64,000 nt of DNA, taken from Hormiphora californensis. Taxonomy: Eukaryota > Animalia > Ctenophora. A program made the position numbers and the translations under genes. The notes under the pieces are model-generated. The model was not told the origin of the DNA. It worked only from the letters and a program-made list of their open reading frames with translations, and did not search any database. Shown here one piece after another: positions 62,601-64,000 of the stretch. Numbering within the stretch: position 1 is the first letter of the stretch; each line of letters begins with the position of its first letter. The stretch lies in contig CM035359.1 in assembly GCA_020137815.1 (NCBI GenBank), forward strand, positions 8,029,267-8,093,266, in the 5' to 3' direction.

Positions 62601-63725
62601 CGTTCCGTAGGCAGTATGTCATGATGCCTTGATCTATAACTGTTTAATTCTCGTTTAATTCCCCTTATTTTAACTGTTTTAGCGTCATACTCCTTTTGGG
62701 TACGGCCATTGCCGCACCCCCTATACGTCCTCTCCAACGAGCCTAGAAAACTTCAAGCCTAGAAGACTTCAGGGGGCTAATTTACATTTTAATTGCATGT
62801 TTTACTTCTAATTACATTCCAATTACTTTCTGTTTTCAGGATAACTTTCTCCCATCCAATATGTTTCTTCTATTCTCTTCAAGGAAGCATGAAAACGACC
62901 TCAAGACCTTTCTAACGAGCCCTAAAAACCTTTCTTACGACTTCATTTTTAATTGCATGTAATTACTTCAAATTACATTCCATATTGTCCCCCGTGTGTG
63001 GTGGTGTGGAGGATCCTTTTACTCAAAGTCAGATCCATTCCAATGATGTTTTTGGTATACAAATTCGAAAACACGTTATATCGGGGCCACTAACGGTACT
63101 TTCAAGGAACGAAAAGGGAATCGTATACAAAATCTGACCTTCAAAATCGAACTCTGATGAACTCAAATATTCTCATCTCTCTTTAGGTCTCTCTCCCCAC
63201 TATCTAACCAACACTCTCTCACTCTTACTCTCTCTCTTAGCTCAAATACTATCTCTCTCCAAATCTCTCCAACTCTCAGAATCAAAATCTCTCCACTCTC
63301 AATATCTCACTCTGTCTCTGAACTCCTCCTCGCGCGACTCTCAGACGACAGTTAATTCATGTTGCCACACCAACCGGTAGGAGCTACATATGCTATAACA
63401 CTGGTGTGTATTTGTATATCGCGCCCGCGCAGGGCGCGATATGGCCGCATATCGGCCCCTTGCGGAGCAAGGGGGCGATATGCAATATAATGCAATATAA
63501 TGTGACCAATGACAAGTCTCTATCTTATCAGGAACCAGATTAAGCACGCGCAAATGGAATTATGTTTTTATTAATGCGCGCCCCCCGTTCACATTATTAA
63601 AAATTGGACTTTAATCCCCTTTCAAGTTTTTCAACTCTATTTTCAACTATTGAACATCATCAAATTTCACAGGTTCAAACAACAAAATAATTACAGAGAG
63701 AGAGAGAGAGAGGAGAGAAGAGAGA

Positions 63726-63756
<31 letters not shown>

Positions 63757-63798
63757 GAGAAGAGGAGAGGAGAGAGGAGGAGTAAGAGAGAGAGTAGA

Positions 63799-63856
<58 letters not shown>

Positions 63857-64000
63857 TAGAGAGAGAGAGAGAGAGAGAGGAGAGATGCAACACAACTCAT
63901 GTCAATCCTTCAAATATGTTTCCCTTTTCAACTCCAGACATGTCTAGACATTTCTAGACGGTAGGCGGACTCTAGTGCTACAAGACTCTAAAGTCCTAAC

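Noticed and set aside
63620-63675. tttcaagtttttcaactcta... weakly resembling the spliced leader
   Set aside because: Similarity limited to a low-complexity 5' part; lacks the AATTTGAG end.

Overview
Repeat-saturated eukaryotic (animal) genomic DNA. A ctenophore-type spliced-leader match at 18836-18875, recalled from memory, suggests a Pleurobrachia-like ctenophore. The only clear host gene is a + strand multi-exon gene (five exons, 2527-16333) encoding a C-type lectin domain followed by a Sushi/CCP domain, with introns inflated by transposons. The rest is nested mobile DNA: two Penelope-like elements (RT + C-terminal GIY-YIG) with minimal hammerhead ribozymes, two stand-alone inverted hammerhead pairs, two decayed CR1-group LINEs, a non-autonomous I-group-like LINE derivative, a non-coding LTR element, Helitron arrays, many foldback MITEs and satellites. 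The most interesting signals are: (1) a 332-bp tRNA-like unit inserted as a tandem-plus-inverted multimer with a 12-bp TSD, like a retrozyme with a tRNA in place of the ribozyme; (2) an RLE-type non-LTR retrotransposon inserted into a hammerhead catalytic core with a 14-bp TSD that regenerates the ribozyme; (3) an exact 14-mer shared by two divergent PLE ends and Helitrons; (4) a spliced leader fused to a decayed ORF. Region ~21-38 kb appears to hold two haplotype copies, partly in error-rich sequence around an N gap. All coordinates were read by eye and may be off by a few bases.
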